Both the position numbers and the translations under genes were made by a program. Shown in pieces: positions 13,280 to 28,590 of a DNA stretch of 64,000 nt; the first letter of the stretch is position 1, and each line of letters starts with the position of its first letter. Source of the stretch: Octopus vulgaris (taxonomy: Eukaryota). Below the pieces are notes generated by a model. It saw only the letters and a list, made by a program, of their open reading frames with translations. It did no database searches and had not been told where the DNA came from. The DNA is taken from contig OX597832.1 of assembly GCA_951406725.2 (NCBI GenBank), positions 7,068,001 through 7,132,000 of the forward strand. The letters run 5' to 3'.

Positions 13280-13942
13280 AAAACCCCCAAAAGAAACTTA
13301 ATCTAGTGAATCCATTACTTTGTTGTTTTTATAATAATTAAGATTAAATTTACATTTTGTTATAATAATAATAATAATAATAATAAATGCCCTGATGCAG
13401 TACAAGGCAGTGGCTCTCATGGCTTCTGATCTTAACTGATTGGAAGTGTTATCATGTACATTGTTTTGTCTTGGTATAAAAGATGGGCTACAGCAAATAT
13501 TCTGCTCAATACCACAGATTTGCTTGTCAGTTGTTTGACCTTAACCAGTTGAGCATGTCCCTTAGTGGCTGACGATATGTGCATCTCTGATCACGAGCAG
13601 AAGTAGTGGGGGAGCATCATAGCCATGTGTTGAGAGGGATTCTTTGGGGTTTGAATAATTCACCTCTGGAAACATGGGTGGTTCTTTCAACATCCTTAAA
13701 CAACCCTTATTCAGGGACCTTTTGAGCGGGATGGGCTACTCAACCTGAAGAAAATTCTAACTGGGCCACACCTGCAAGGTCATGTGCTGTTTATCTTGAT
13801 ATGAGATCACCATGTCGCGCACATATGGTTGTGATGCATGTGCCTGGTGTACCCTTATCAGACGGGTAGTCATGATGGGTATACTGGGTTTCGTATATTT
13901 TACCCCAGTGTCACTTTGATGGCATGAACTGCTCTCTCACTC

Positions 13943-13984
<42 letters not shown>

Positions 13985-14004
<20 letters not shown>

Positions 14005-15112
14005 AATTATTGTATACAGTGCTCGGGTGCACCACAACTTGTTGAAAGTGCGTATAAAGCATATGCAGCAATGTACAAATGTCTGGGGAGTGAACAGTGT
14101 ATGAATCAGATACAAGCTTGCGTGTGTATGGAGGGGAGAAAATCAGGTGTAGTGTTGGCGAATCTCAGGAAGCATGGAAGTTTTGAAGGATGCAGTGCTC
14201 CGACAACTAACAACTGATGCCGACAGTTTGTTCCATACTTCAGCAACTTTTAGCGTGAAAAAATGTTTCCGAAAGACATGGGAGCTGTGCTGTTTTCTGG
14301 CTTTATAAAAATGTGCACGGGTGTTAGACAGGTCGAATTTGAAAAGGTGCTCAGAGTTATTGTTTGTAAGATGGTTAATAATTTTATGGGTGTCTGCCAG
14401 ACGTCGGAGTTTCAGTGTATCCATGCCCAGGGAAGTAAGGCGTTCAGAATATGGCAAATGCCTGATAGAGGGTATTCTCTTGGTTGCACGTCGTTGAACG
14501 ATTTCCAGACGATTAATATCCTGGGTAAGATAGGGGTCTCAGACCGGTGATGCAAATTCCAGGTGAGGCCGCACCATAGCTATATAAAGCTTCAGATAGA
14601 TAGCCGGAGAGCGGCTCACAAAGGACTTGGTAAGTGATTCCAAGGCACCCTCAGCCTTCTTGGCAATTTTAGCAATGTGTTTTGTCCAACGCAAATCACT
14701 GTCGACAATAACACCCAGGTCACGTTCACAAGAAGACCTTTTGAGATTAGTGTTGTGGAGGGAGTAAGTAGACGCTGGGTTTTTCCTCCCAAAATGCATG
14801 GTGGTACATTTGTCCACATCCTGCTTGAGTTGCCAGTCCATGATCCATTGCTGCATTGTGTTCAGGTCTGATTGCAATAAAGATCTATAGTGTACAGGAT
14901 CTGTCCTCTTTATTTTGAGGTACAGCTTGATGTCATCTGCATATTTCAGCACTGTGTCATTCTTTAAGTTGGCATCTATGTCATTAATATATGCTACAAA
15001 TAAAAGGGTGCCAAGAACGGATCCCTGTGGTACACCAGATGTCATTTGAAAGAGTGAAGAGTGCTGTCCTAGAACTGTGACAACCTCTTTTCGGCCGATA
15101 ATGAAGGACTTA
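13985..15112 (-). mobile_element. 5'-truncated CR1-type LINE (RT C-terminal half)
   Basis: SGVPQGSVLG, KYADDIKLY, ERDLGVIVDSDL and VRPHLEFASPV motifs; frameshift; (TAA)n tail. Confidence 0.92.
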
Positions 15113-17706
15113 ATGTGGATCCCTGTCTATCTGTATGTTGTTGCCGGCACTATAATATTCCTGACACCACTAATATGTTATGGCGGTATTCCACGCCCTT
15201 CAAAGAGAGTGCAAGAAAACATCAACTTTTCTCTTTTAATATATGTGTATGTAAGGCGGCGAGCTGGCAGAATCGTTAGCACGCCGGGCGAAATGCGTAG
15301 TCATATTTCGCCTGCCGTTACGTTCTGAGTTCAAATTCCGCCGAGATCGACTTTGCCTTTCATCCTTTCGGGGTCGATAAATTAAGTACCAGTTACGCAC
15401 TGGGGTCGATGTAATCGACTTAATACCTTTGTCTGTCCTTGTTTGTCCCCTCTATGTTTCGCCCCTTGTGGGTAGTAAAGAAATAGGTATTCCACGTCTT
15501 ATTATCTTTGACTCGTTTATCGTGCTATCGCTGATAGATCCGCAAGGTAATGACTTTAAAACGTCAATCTTGATGGTAACTCATATGTATCACGTAACTG
15601 ACACCGACTCCAACTGAGAACTCGACTACTACTACTCATCTACAACGACTGACTGTCTTTTTCATAGTGGCTGGCCATACCACTTTATCACGTGGGAAGT
15701 ACTGTACCATTTTTAATGTGATGGATGTACATTCCGCATGGATATTAACTTCTTGACATCAAGCGGGAAGGTATAATGAAGTAGTCTTTGATTCCCACGT
15801 TCAATAATTTTCACTCAGTTTCTTTACATAGATAGGAGACGTGCAATTTCACTAAAGCCCCAGTCTGCTAAATATGATGTTGGGACGGCAATAAAGTACA
15901 TCTTGACTTTATTACAAGGAAAGTATGTTCACTTTCTGTATTACATATTTCTTCTTTGTTCACTTTCTGTCATGTTTGGTCCCTTGTTAGTTGGCTCGCT
16001 ATTTTTCGGCGGCATCTTGCTGTCAGCGACACGGGAGGCAATTATATAATTGTTGAAGACGCGAAACTGCGTTTGACCCTCTGGGCAATAACTGATGAGG
16101 ATATGGTGATCTTCTGTGTCTGTTTTCCGTTTGTTTGTACATTTATTATATGTTTTCCTTTAACTTCTATATGTTTTGTTTAATCCATTCTGTCTTTCTA
16201 CAACACACGATTCTTCAACACAAATACATAAACGTGTGTACGGTGAGAAGACCTATGATTTTAATGTTTACTCGCGCAATGCAACAACTAACAACGCTAC
16301 ACCGCACAACGTGTTCCAGAATTAACTGTTTCAATGAAATAGAGCAAATTAAAAAAAAAAACTGACAGAATTTTATGTTTATTACCAAAAACAAATAGAT
16401 TTATAAATTTTACGTCGAACCTTTACTAAAATTTTTCAACCTGTCTGTATCCTTGCATACTTCAAATCTCTCCTTAGCGTTGGGAAACACATTTTAAAGC
16501 ATTTCAGGAGTTAGCTCCTACACTGTTAACTGAATGTGTTCTTTAACTCAGCTAAACGATTGCTCCATCTTGGGGGTGGAGGTAAAGAAAATGATTGCTG
16601 CCAAATTGAAAAAAAAGCCGTCATGGACAAATAAGAGTGGTCCAACAGCAATGAAAATAAGACTAAAAACAAAAATTAAAACTTATACACTTTTACAACA
16701 TATTAATCATGAATCTTAATAAAATGTATCCGATTTCACTCAAATCATCACTAGTTCTGGGACACCCTGTACTAACTCGCCCGACCAAACGGGGGAGGGA
16801 ACACAGGTGGGGGAACTAATTGCATGTGGCGAGCGAAGCTTCCGGAAGTGGTCATGCGGTCAAACTCATATGACTGAGTTTTTTTGTATGAGCATTTTGC
16901 ACGGATGACATAGAAAGCAGATATGCTGCCGGGTTTGCTGCGTTGCGCAGGATTTGAAACGTGAAACAACAAGGCACTTCTGGAGAATGGATGAATGAGT
17001 TAGTTGTGACTTTATCCAGCCGCGCGCACACGCGCATGGCCCGGTGGTGCGCAGGATAAGTAACATGAAGTATCAGCAGGGCGTCGACAAAAAATGTTAA
17101 TGTTCTCATTTTCTCTACCAAATTGGACAAAAAGGTTTTCATGAAATATTATAGGCTACTTATAATGCATAAGTAGCGTCAATATTCTATCATCGGAAAA
17201 TGGCCTAAAACAAACATAAAACCCAGTGCAGTATACTCAAATCTGATTAATATGCTTTTTTGGGGTGAGGGCCATAGTCGGTGTTGGAATTTTTTTTTCA
17301 GTCAACAGCAATTCGAGGAGCCTGATTAATATTTGTTGCAAATTTGGAGGAAAGTGACTGGTTCAATATTCAAGTTACGGGCCTTAACGCTGCGGATGTG
17401 CTTAAAAAATGCGATTTATCTGCCCCTGCGGATGGCATTAGGCGAGAAGTTGAACATTATTTTGGTGCATGACACTCTATAGACTCTATGTAATGCATGT
17501 GTAAAAGTTCATTAAATCGGTTGGGTGGATCTCGAGTTTTGACGACGTGACAAACACGGACAGACACACAGCCTGTGTTTAATATATATCAGTTACAAAA
17601 TACAAGAGTTGTACCGAAAGTAATGCAAATGTGTACATAATTTTTGTATAAACTGTCATAAGCCGTCGAAATTGCAAATGTCAAACGACATTTCTAAAGT
17701 TATGTC

Positions 17707-17818
17707 AAACTGAAAGTATGAGAGGGGAATTCCATTTGTAAAGCTGAAAGCACGAGAGGGGAATTCCATTATAGAACAGAGATACGAAAGGGGAATTCCA
17801 TTTGTAAAACTGAAAGTA
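17707..17818. promoter_or_regulatory. Tandem NF-kB-site / IRF-element-like array 1 (3 units)
   Basis: GGGGAATTCCA at 17724, 17758 and 17790, interleaved with AAACTGAAAGT, AAGCTGAAAGC and AAAACTGAAAGT. Regulatory function is inferred. Confidence 0.6.
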
Positions 17819-19369
17819 TTTTCGGGGCAAATGCACAATATTTTTGAAAAATATTTTCCGGATTCCTACGTCTTAGATGTCGGAGATTACGAACATGCAA
17901 AAAAAAAAAAAAAAAAAATTAAATTTCAACCACTCTCCCCCCAATTTAAAATTTTGATTTTGTTTACTTTAAAGAGATTGTAGCGAATTGACGAACATAT
18001 GCAAATCGAAATTAAATATAGACAAAAACATTAAAGTGAAAAGTATTTGTTTTGTACTTGTGTTTGCCTTAGATAATCGTAAATAATTAAATGTAAACTA
18101 AATATGCACCATTTTATGAGAAACAAACCTTAACATGTTTAATAACTAATGTTATAAAGTTTATCTATCTATCTATCTATCTATCTATTAGCTAGCTAGC
18201 TAGCTAGATAGATAGATAGATATGGCTGTCATCCTGGGGCTAAAAACAACAGTAACACCGTCCTCTATAGCACCGCCACATTATTTGGCAAATATATTTG
18301 ATAGCTAGCTACCTACCTACCTATTTCTTTACTACCCACAAGGGGCTAAACACAGAGAGGACAAACAAGGACAGACAAACGGATAAAAGGAAAAGTTGAC
18401 CTCGGCGGAATTTAAACTCAGGACGTAGCGACGGGCGAAATACCGCTAAGCATGTCGTCCAGCACGCTAACGATTCTGCCATCTCGCCGCCTTTGCACCT
18501 TAACATTAATAATAATAACATTGTTAGTCAATCGGTTAAATATCTAACGAACTTACAAATCCATCGCTTGTCTACATATTTATAGTATAGTAATACAACA
18601 GGGTAACGCCGTTAGCAGATGTTAGGATGATAAAGGTGGAGGATGAAATACTGTAACTGAATAAATTAAAGGAAGTTAGAAGTTAAAAGAAGTTAAAAAC
18701 AAAATCTCAAAAATCGATTAAAGGAAAAATGCTAAAAGAAAAAATTTTTTTTAAAGTTAATTCTAGAACAATTCCCCAAACCTCAAAATTCCCAAAATAT
18801 CTAAAAAGAAAAAGAAGAACAAAAATTCGTGTTTCAGAGTTTTATGGTTTAAGGATTTTACAGATTTAAAGTTTTAAAGTATAAAAAATAATTTTGAAGT
18901 TTTGAAAGGGTAGAAGTTTTGGATCAAGAAACCCACAAAAGTTTTGATGGCAATTTTTCCAATATTTTATCACCACAACCATCAGGATGGTGGGGAGCAT
19001 CTTTTTAATAAAAATAGTTTTGATAATTTTTAATTTTGTTACTAATGAATGAATGAATGTCATTGTTCAGTTTTTATTTCAAGAGTGCTTGCCAATAGTG
19101 AAAGAGCCGGTTTCTAACCTAGACACAAGGCTCCTTCATTGGAATTGCAACATCAACAACAGGGTATGTATGTATGTATGTATGTATGTATGTATGTATG
19201 TATGTATGTATGTATGTATGTATGTATGAATGTATGCATGCATGCATGTATGCATGTATGCATGCATGCATGTATGTATGTATGTATGTATATGTGCAGA
19301 TTTGTATGTTTTGCTTTATGTATGTATTCTCATGCATATAATTGCGTATCTAGAGATGCTCATATATGT

Positions 19370-19628
19370 TTAAATGATAAACTTTTGGAAAGTTTTACCG
19401 ATTTTTACTGTTCCAGTGATGGATTGGATCTGTAGTCTTCGAATTAGCTTCCTCCTTTCTGGTTTTGAGAAGTCTAATTTCTCAAGATTGGTATTTAGGC
19501 AGTGTGTTGCATATGCCAGGGTCCCAATAATTACAGGCATAAATCCGAGCTTGTAATCTGGATAGAGTAACAGTAGATTTCTCAATAGCTCAGTGTAGGT
19601 ATTCTTTTTTTCACTGATCTTCGGCTTT
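19370..19628 (-). mobile_element. RLE-type non-LTR retrotransposon C-terminal fragment
   Basis: K..TYTELL...PVIIGTL...LQIQSITGTVKI pattern typical of restriction-like endonuclease C termini. Confidence 0.6.
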
Positions 19629-20577
19629 AGAGATAGACGGATAAGTAAAGAGATGAAATACACAGATATACAGAGAGATGGGTAGTTAGATAGATGGACA
19701 GATAGGAATGTAGATAAAAAGATAGACCTTACATGTGGTCTGTAATCAGTGGATAGCCTTGTTACTAGGTGTTAGGTTAGGTTTATCCGCGTGAGCGCTT
19801 CTGGATCAAAGATCCTTCATCTGAAGTTCTTTCCATTTGCTTTTTGTAGTGGTCATTGCTGGTACTGGTTAAAGTCTCTGGAAGTAGTAGATGTAATTTC
19901 AGCAGTCGAGCCCATTCCAGCAGTTAAGGCTAGATACTTTCTTCTTAATGAAATATGATGCCTCTGTGATTCTGAGGTTGATTATTTGTGTCCCTCTCGC
20001 CAGTATACGAGTGGCGAACCGCCCCCCCCCACGACACATTGTTGGTGTAGGTGGAATATGGCACTTGTGGAGATACCCCTTCACTCTAAGATAAAGCTAT
20101 CTTTTTTTCTAACATTATGTTCATATTTAGTTGTATATAAGACAATGTTAGTTCAGTTTTCAGAGAGAAATGTTATTTTGAAATATAGAATATTTATATA
20201 TTTCATGTGTGTGTGTATATACTGTATATTTCATATATACATGTGTGTGCGTGCATAAATGTATTCCTTTTAAGAATGAATGGTAGGGAATAGGTTCAGT
20301 TAAACATCTTAAAAAGTGACAGGCTAATTCAAGTTTGTGATCATATTAACAATTATAGAAACTAATTAGTTTAAAATATTACATTTATCTATTTAATATC
20401 TTTGGTTCAGGTATTATATGTAGAAAATGCTTGTATTTGTGAAAATATGAGATTTTAAATTTGTTTACCTCGCATGCACACGCGCGTGCGTGTGCATGCA
20501 TGCAAAACAAATTTTTACAAGAAAAAGGACTGTTTCTATTAAGAGATCTCGCACTATATTAAAATAAAAATGTACAT

Positions 20578-21405
20578 TTATTTTTTTGGTTCAAACATTA
20601 GTTCTTTAATCAATGTCGAATTAATCTGAGGCATTTGTTTACAACTTTTGTATTCCGAATTAGCCGAACTTTGGAGGTCTAAAGAGGCAACACGGTTAGA
20701 GACAGCAGTTAAAAGTTTCATGATTTCATATTTGGTGCCATATTCCATCAACATTTCACTTAAGGCTTGCATAAACCACGTGCCAGCCTTTTCATCTCTG
20801 TAAGAGGCATGTTTATTACATGATGAATAAACAACCAACATATCTGCCATAACTGGAATTGTGAGTGACATTTCTTCATGGTCTATGTAATCAGCATCAG
20901 TTTTTTCGACTCCAGAATCAGATGCAGTTCCACGACATGCTTGAATAAAGAATAATTTAGGTATTCCTTTTAAAGATGGGCAACGATCAGGTCTCAGGTA
21001 AGAAAACAATTCGTCTAGTTTAACAACATCATCGTATCCACAGATAACGTCGTCCGGGCCACCATGACTCAATATTGCACAAATAAAGCAATCAATATCA
21101 GCATGAGAATTTTTTCCAAACTGCTTCCAAGCGTCGCGCATTTCTTCGACTGTTGCATCCGTATAAACTTTGATATCATCTTCACGGAATCCAAGTTTAA
21201 TTAATGCTTTTTTAAAATCTTCTGTATCTTTTGATGAGCCATAACGAGTTTTAAGTTTCGGGTGTTTGAAAGTTTCGTTGTTGAAGATGTAAGCGACACC
21301 TCGCTTTTTATGCGTCATATCATATCTATCGAACCATTTCTTTAAATCTTCCTTACTTGGGTGATGACTCTGACCACCTGTTACACTTGCACGTTGAGCA
21401 GCCAT
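20578..21405 (-). CDS. Effector-type caspase (caspase-3/7-like, peptidase C14A), copy A, predicted active, 275 aa
   Basis: Uninterrupted ORF with RGVAYIFNN, TRYGS (S1 Arg), ILSHG (catalytic His), PKLFFIQACRG (catalytic Cys, codon 20935-20937), IPVMADML, SYRD..GTWF (second S1 Arg) and KQMP. Short prodomain without CARD/DED; in-frame TAA directly before the ATG. Confidence 0.95.
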   Translation of the reverse strand: MAAQRASVTGGQSHHPSKEDLKKWFDRYDMTHKKRGVAYIFNNETFKHPKLKTRYGSSKDTEDFKKALIKLGFREDDIKVYTDATVEEMRDAWKQFGKNSHADIDCFICAILSHGGPDDVICGYDDVVKLDELFSYLRPDRCPSLKGIPKLFFIQACRGTASDSGVEKTDADYIDHEEMSLTIPVMADMLVVYSSCNKHASYRDEKAGTWFMQALSEMLMEYGTKYEIMKLLTAVSNRVASLDLQSSANSEYKSCKQMPQINSTLIKELMFEPKK

Positions 21406-21409
21406 TTAA

Positions 21410-21882
21410 CAGCAGTGAGATTACTTGAAACTAGTTCCGGCTTGATATATTAAAGAGTAAAACAATACTTTCGTATTACGAAATCACTTGGAAAAATTGC
21501 CACTTATTTGTTTATGGGGTAAATTCGAAAATCCTTGGAAAGTGGCTAGGGTCTGTATCGTTAACAAATAATCCGAAGGGGGATTAATAAAAATACGATA
21601 ACAACTCAGTGTATCTAGGTATTTCTCAATCCAAGGGAGGTGACTGTTCATATATTCTTATAGTGTCACGTGTTTCTAATTTTCTGAAAATTCTCGAAAT
21701 GGAAAATAACTCCGATCTATTCATTCAGTACGCAAAAATGCGCGGATATATAAAACTGTCGCTCTTTCTTTAAAGGCATTCCAACCAAAGCCATCCTCTC
21801 GTTTAAAATCATGACCATTCCTTAGAAAATTTTCCAAATGTGATCATCCAACTTTTTGAAAGCGTTCCATTTATGACTATCA
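21410..21882 (-). repeat. 5' flank of caspase A, paralogous to 5' flank of caspase B (43750-44242)
   Basis: Colinear similarity from GATATATTAAAGAGTAAA to TTCCATTTAT(G/A)ACTATCAC in both copies. Confidence 0.85.
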
Positions 21883-21889
21883 CGGGAAT

Positions 21890-22950
<1,061 letters not shown>

Positions 22951-23738
22951 AAAAGCGGCATAGTTAAAGTGTGAAAGTGGACAAAAGCCCCACGGTTATA
23001 TTTTTGATTATTTTTAGCTATTTAGAATTTTTAGTTGAATGTATCGATCCCAGAATTTTTTTTTTCTTTTTTAACTTGTTGCAGTTATTAGACTGCGGCC
23101 GGCCATGGTAGTGACCACCTTGAAGAATTTTTAAATGGCTGTATGGAACCCAATTTTTTTTAAAGCTTGATCCAAACCAATGATTCTGGGCTAGATACAT
23201 TCGACTAAAAATTCTTCAAGACGTTGCCCTAGCATGGCCGCAGTTCAGTGATTGAAACAAGTAAAAAGATTTTTAGAAAATAAAAAAAAAATGAAGAATA
23301 ATCAAAAAATATAATCGAGGTAGGTTATAAAAAGAATTCAAGAGATTTGGCTGTTATTTCTAGCATATCGAGAGGCCTTTTAAGCTTAACTTCATGCGCT
23401 GGTTGTAAATCATCTAAAAAAATTCTGGGGTCGATACAATCAACTAAAAATTCCTCGAGGTCGTGCCCCAGCATGGCTGCATTCCGATGACTACATCAAA
23501 TAAAAAGAAAACAAAAATAAATTATGTCACAGAAGTGGTTTTGAGGAAGCTTAAAAAAAAGAAATTCCGGGTTCTAAACAGCCATCTAAAAATTATTCAA
23601 GGTGGTGCCTTAGCATGGCCGGCCGTAGTCTTATAACTGCAATAAGTAAAAAACAAAACAAAACTGAAGGGCTTTTGTCCGAGGGGGCTTTTGTCCTAGG
23701 GGGCTTTTGTTCGGATCGCGTATAGGAATATATATATA

Positions 23739-23798
<60 letters not shown>

Positions 23799-24196
23799 AA
23801 TATACATACACACATATGTATGCATGTGTGTGTACATATATATATATATATAAATTTAACAATTAAGGATAACTTCTTAGTAAGGAATCTTAACAAGAAA
23901 TTATCAGGTAGTTAGCGTGAAAAACCTCATAAGAGAAAAAATTCGAAAATAATTTTTTTGTTTGGAACATATTAATTTATATTATATAGAGGGCATTATT
24001 ACACATAAATGCCTCACACTAAGAGGGACATAAGTCATTACTACCAAAAATTTCACTAATCATACCCAATGCAGTTTTTCAAAGCAAGACATTTAAAACA
24101 AGACATTTAAAAATGAATTTAGTCCTATATCACCTGTGATTTCGCACTTACCGCATAAAAAATTGCGTCTATGCTCATCGGTAGAACTGGTGTATA

Positions 24197-24311
<115 letters not shown>

Positions 24312-24336
24312 TACATATATATTTTATGTATGTATG

Positions 24337-24394
<58 letters not shown>

Positions 24395-24771
24395 CTTCAA
24401 GGTTCATCCAAGACTGGGACCACGGGCCATACGTCCCCTGCCCAATTCAAGATCACAGCATACATATACACTACAACATAATTTCTTTTCCTCAAAAGGC
24501 CCTGCCTTATTTAACATTGTCCCGAAAGAGATCAAAGAGGAACAGGATCCCATCAACTTTAAACGGAGTCTGGATAGATTCCTTCAAAGAATACCAGATA
24601 AGCCACCCATAATTGGATAAAACTCACCCAACAAAAACTCACTACTTGAATGGACCATAAGCAAAACTTGACTTAAACAGGATTCAAATAATCCTATCAG
24701 GTGGTGCTATTAAGTTAGACATGGCCTGGACCAATCATTGGTCGAAACACATCTAAGTTTATCTAAGTTTA

Positions 24772-24826
<55 letters not shown>

Positions 24827-24884
24827 CCAGATAAACACACACACACACACACACACACACGCGCACACATAGACACAGAAAACA

Positions 24885-25330
24885 TACTCCCATGACCAAC
24901 TTCGTCGAAGGCGTTGACAAAGTCGAGATATCCATATTTTAATGTTTGAGCGGCTTTTTTCAGTACCCAGACAAAATGTCGTAGTAGATGTGTGACGCAG
25001 TTCCACCCTGGACTGAAGATAATTTGTGTGTTGCCGAAGAAGATACTTCCTTTAAGGAACATAATCAGCCTCTTATGATAAGGTGCCCTTTGAGTTTGCG
25101 ACTATGTGTGTTCAGAGAAATAGGCTTGCAATTTTTAGCATCTGCTCTGCTTTTTACTGTAAGGACAGGGCATATTATACTTTTTTTCAACATTTTGGGA
25201 AGTTTTCTTGCATGTCTTCTAAAGAATAACCGGAAATCCAATTAGAAGTTCGAGTTCAACTCATCAACAGACTGTGTTCTATCCTCTCTCTCTTGATGTC
25301 AATGTAATCGATAATTGCCTTTTTCTTTTT
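24885..25330 (-). mobile_element. Degraded CR1/L2-type RT fragment
   Basis: YLDFVNAFDEVGH (YLDFxKAFDxVxH motif). Confidence 0.65.
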
Positions 25331-25458
25331 TGTGGATCTACAGTGTTGAAGAACTAATTATGCTTGCTTATTTGCATACTTCCCAGAAGGGAAGCGAGAA
25401 CACTTTTGAATAAATTATTATTATGACATGATATATGATATGATATGAAATATATATG

Positions 25459-25567
<109 letters not shown>

Positions 25568-25579
25568 ATGTGTGTATGC

Positions 25580-25633
<54 letters not shown>

Positions 25634-25659
25634 GTTTGGAGGTGATGTACAGGTATTTT

Positions 25660-25816
25660 ATATTAGAAGAAATGAGGTACTCAGAAATTCGGATGGTTTT
25701 ATATTTACAGATATTTATTTGTATATGATATAAGTTATATGATGTATAAAAACATGTGATATACAAATAAATATCTGTAAATATAAAACCATCCGAATTT
25801 CTGAGTACCTCATTTC

Positions 25817-25825
<9 letters not shown>
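25660..25825. repeat. 65-bp inverted repeat in (TA)n
   Basis: 25660-25724 is the reverse complement of 25761-25825. Confidence 0.9.
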
Positions 25826-25864
<39 letters not shown>

Positions 25865-25881
25865 TATATATGTTTGTATGC

Positions 25882-25921
<40 letters not shown>

Positions 25922-26063
25922 CAAGTAAAGAAAAAAGTTTATATGTGTTAATAAATGCATAGATATATAAACAATATTTAAAAATTTGTTTTGCTCACTT
26001 TCATTCTGATAATCATCATATTTCGATCCTGGTAGGCACACTTGGAGCTGCATATGATGTGAT

Positions 26064-26144
<81 letters not shown>

Positions 26145-26244
26145 AAGAGAGAGAGAATAGCTTCTCAAGAGGAGAGAATCGTTTCTCGAAACTTGTAAAT
26201 ATTCAAAATTTCAATAATTTGCATTGTTTGGACTCCTTCCACGA

Positions 26245-26303
<59 letters not shown>

Positions 26304-26939
26304 TATTTATTTATTTATTCAACGTTTATTTATTTTCCACAGTTGCATCTTTTTTCAAACATTGAAGACTACGACCGAAAAATTTCGTAAGATTTAATAT
26401 TGACATGTTCGTATGCAGACTGAAAAATATATATTAGTTTTTTGAAAAAGTTGTTTGTTTGATTGAAAATTTAAGTGATTTACTTATTACATATAGAACA
26501 TATAGGAATATGATGCATATATAACACAAAGCTATATTTAAATAGAAATCCCAAAGCGAAAACACAAACATGTACCAAGAAAGAAAAAAAAAGGGCGAAA
26601 AAAGAAGAAAAGGAGAAAGAAAGATAAAAAGTTATCGGTTTAACACTAAGGAGCTTTAATTGGTCGTACACCATAAGTTTCAACGGAACCCACCGAAACA
26701 CGTCAACACACTGGCGGCATTACCACGGGCGATGGTGAGGATAAGGTGCTGGAACAGCCAAGTACCCTCACAGGCATCTCCTTGCACCTCGTTAATACGA
26801 GACGCCAACGATGACAAGAACTTCGTTGTTAGCCCCTCCAGGCGTCTCAGACTGGAAGAAATGGTTTGCTGACGAGTCCTGATACTTAAGGATGCAAGGA
26901 CGAAATTCTCAGGGGGACTGAATTGATGTCCTGCTTGTG

Positions 26940-27330
26940 GTCAACGTTGTTGGTCTACTGAGTCTGGATGAGTTCCACAGAATGGGACTCGACATCCGTG
27001 GGGAACTGAGATGTTTCTGTGGTTGGCCCAGCGATCTCACAGGCCTTCGTGGTTTGTCTTGCTGCCTAAATGCCAGTCATTTCGTTTGTCTCACCGAGCT
27101 AAACCTAATCATCAAGCGGGCTCTGGATAGGATCAATATCTCCTCAGTTCTGGTGTCGGCGAGAATATCCAGAAGTGATGGGAAGAGACCAGATAGTCTT
27201 ACCGTTTGACCCTGGATAAGAGGTTGGTGCCTTATTTGGGATTCCCATTCTGCGACTCCTTTGCTTCATCCCCACACTCTGGATGCTGTGTTAATGGGAG
27301 GATCACTGATTCCGTCACTGAAAAATATAT
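26940..27330 (+). mobile_element. CRE/RLE-type non-LTR retrotransposon endonuclease relic (paralogous piece at 11480-11770)
   Basis: CFCG..GLSC zinc-finger remnant, LNLIIKRAL, RSDGKRPD and PW..G..LIWD motifs. Confidence 0.65.
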
Positions 27331-28512
27331 ATCTGGAAAAAAAAAAAACAAAAAAAAAACGAAAATCGAAAAAAAAGTGAAAATCAAATAAGTTTAAGAG
27401 AATGAAGTAGGAAAAGATGCGAACTAAAAAAGTAGAAATCAGTTTTTGTTTTCTTTTTAAAAGTCGTAATTTAAGAGGTTTTTAAAGCATCATTTTTTTG
27501 ATTACGCGTCTGAAGAAATTACGAGCTTTAGTGCACGGGATAATTTCTGACTTTTTTTTAGATTACTACAATTTGTTCATCTTTTTGTTTTTGTTTTTCT
27601 ATCTTTTGACTTATTTCAGGCATTGGACTGCGACCATGCTGGAGAACTACCTTGAAGGGTTTTTAGACGAATGGATTCACTGCAGTAATCATGCTTAAAG
27701 CCTGGTGCTTATTCCATCGCTTTTTGTTTTGCTGAGTTGCTAAATTCCGGGGACGATTGTCAGGCAGTGGAGGAGGATAAACACAACACAAACACAAAGA
27801 TACGCACACAGACATTGTTATATACATATAGATATAGATATAAACGACATTTTCCAAAGAAGGCTTTGGTCGGCTCGTGGTTATAGTAGAATAGTGAAGC
27901 ACAAGGAGTCACGTAGCGGGACTGAACAAAAGACCAAATGGTTGGGAAGCAAACTTCATACCACACAGCCACGCCTGCACGGCAAACATGTTAATACCCA
28001 GCCATGCCATGACAAAAGAATAAACCTTGAAAGCTTGAAATGTATCCAAATTTTAATCCGTCCACTCCTCGGATAAGAGATTTCTAAATTTACAGAACCT
28101 TTACCTGGCGACGATCAATGAATTCAGTGACGAATTGTTAAGAGTTATTTCCCTTTATATTGGTTTATATGATGTGTTTCCAGACTTTTCTTTTCGGACT
28201 ACTGCTTTCCCCTGCTCCCAGGTCACATTTCATAACATTTACCTCCATAGACCTTTCTCTACTGCAAATTCAAAGTAACTGTTTTTCAGAAATAAAGCTT
28301 AATCCAGTGAACCCATTACTTCGCAGTTTTTACAATGACTAAACGTAAATTTACTTTTCATCTATAACTACGCAGTTTTCGCATATATATGTAAATACAT
28401 ACATATAACACACACACACACACACACACACCCACACAGACACACACAGAGACACATACACACACAGACACACACACACACAGACACATACACACAGACA
28501 CACACAGACACA

Positions 28513-28589
<77 letters not shown>

Positions 28590-28590
<1 letters not shown>

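Larger units (their letters stand above)
11480..13352 (+). repeat. Segmental-duplication block paralogous to 27020-28355
   Basis: Colinear retroelement relic, SINE relic and unique sequence (CCGTCCACTCCTCGGATA, GAGTTATTTCCCTTTATATTG) in both copies. Confidence 0.9.

Noticed and set aside
26163-26200. Hammerhead-like CTCAAGA...GAAACTTGTA and a half motif near 59110-59130
   Set aside because: Core mutated or 5' half missing; cannot be supported as ribozymes.
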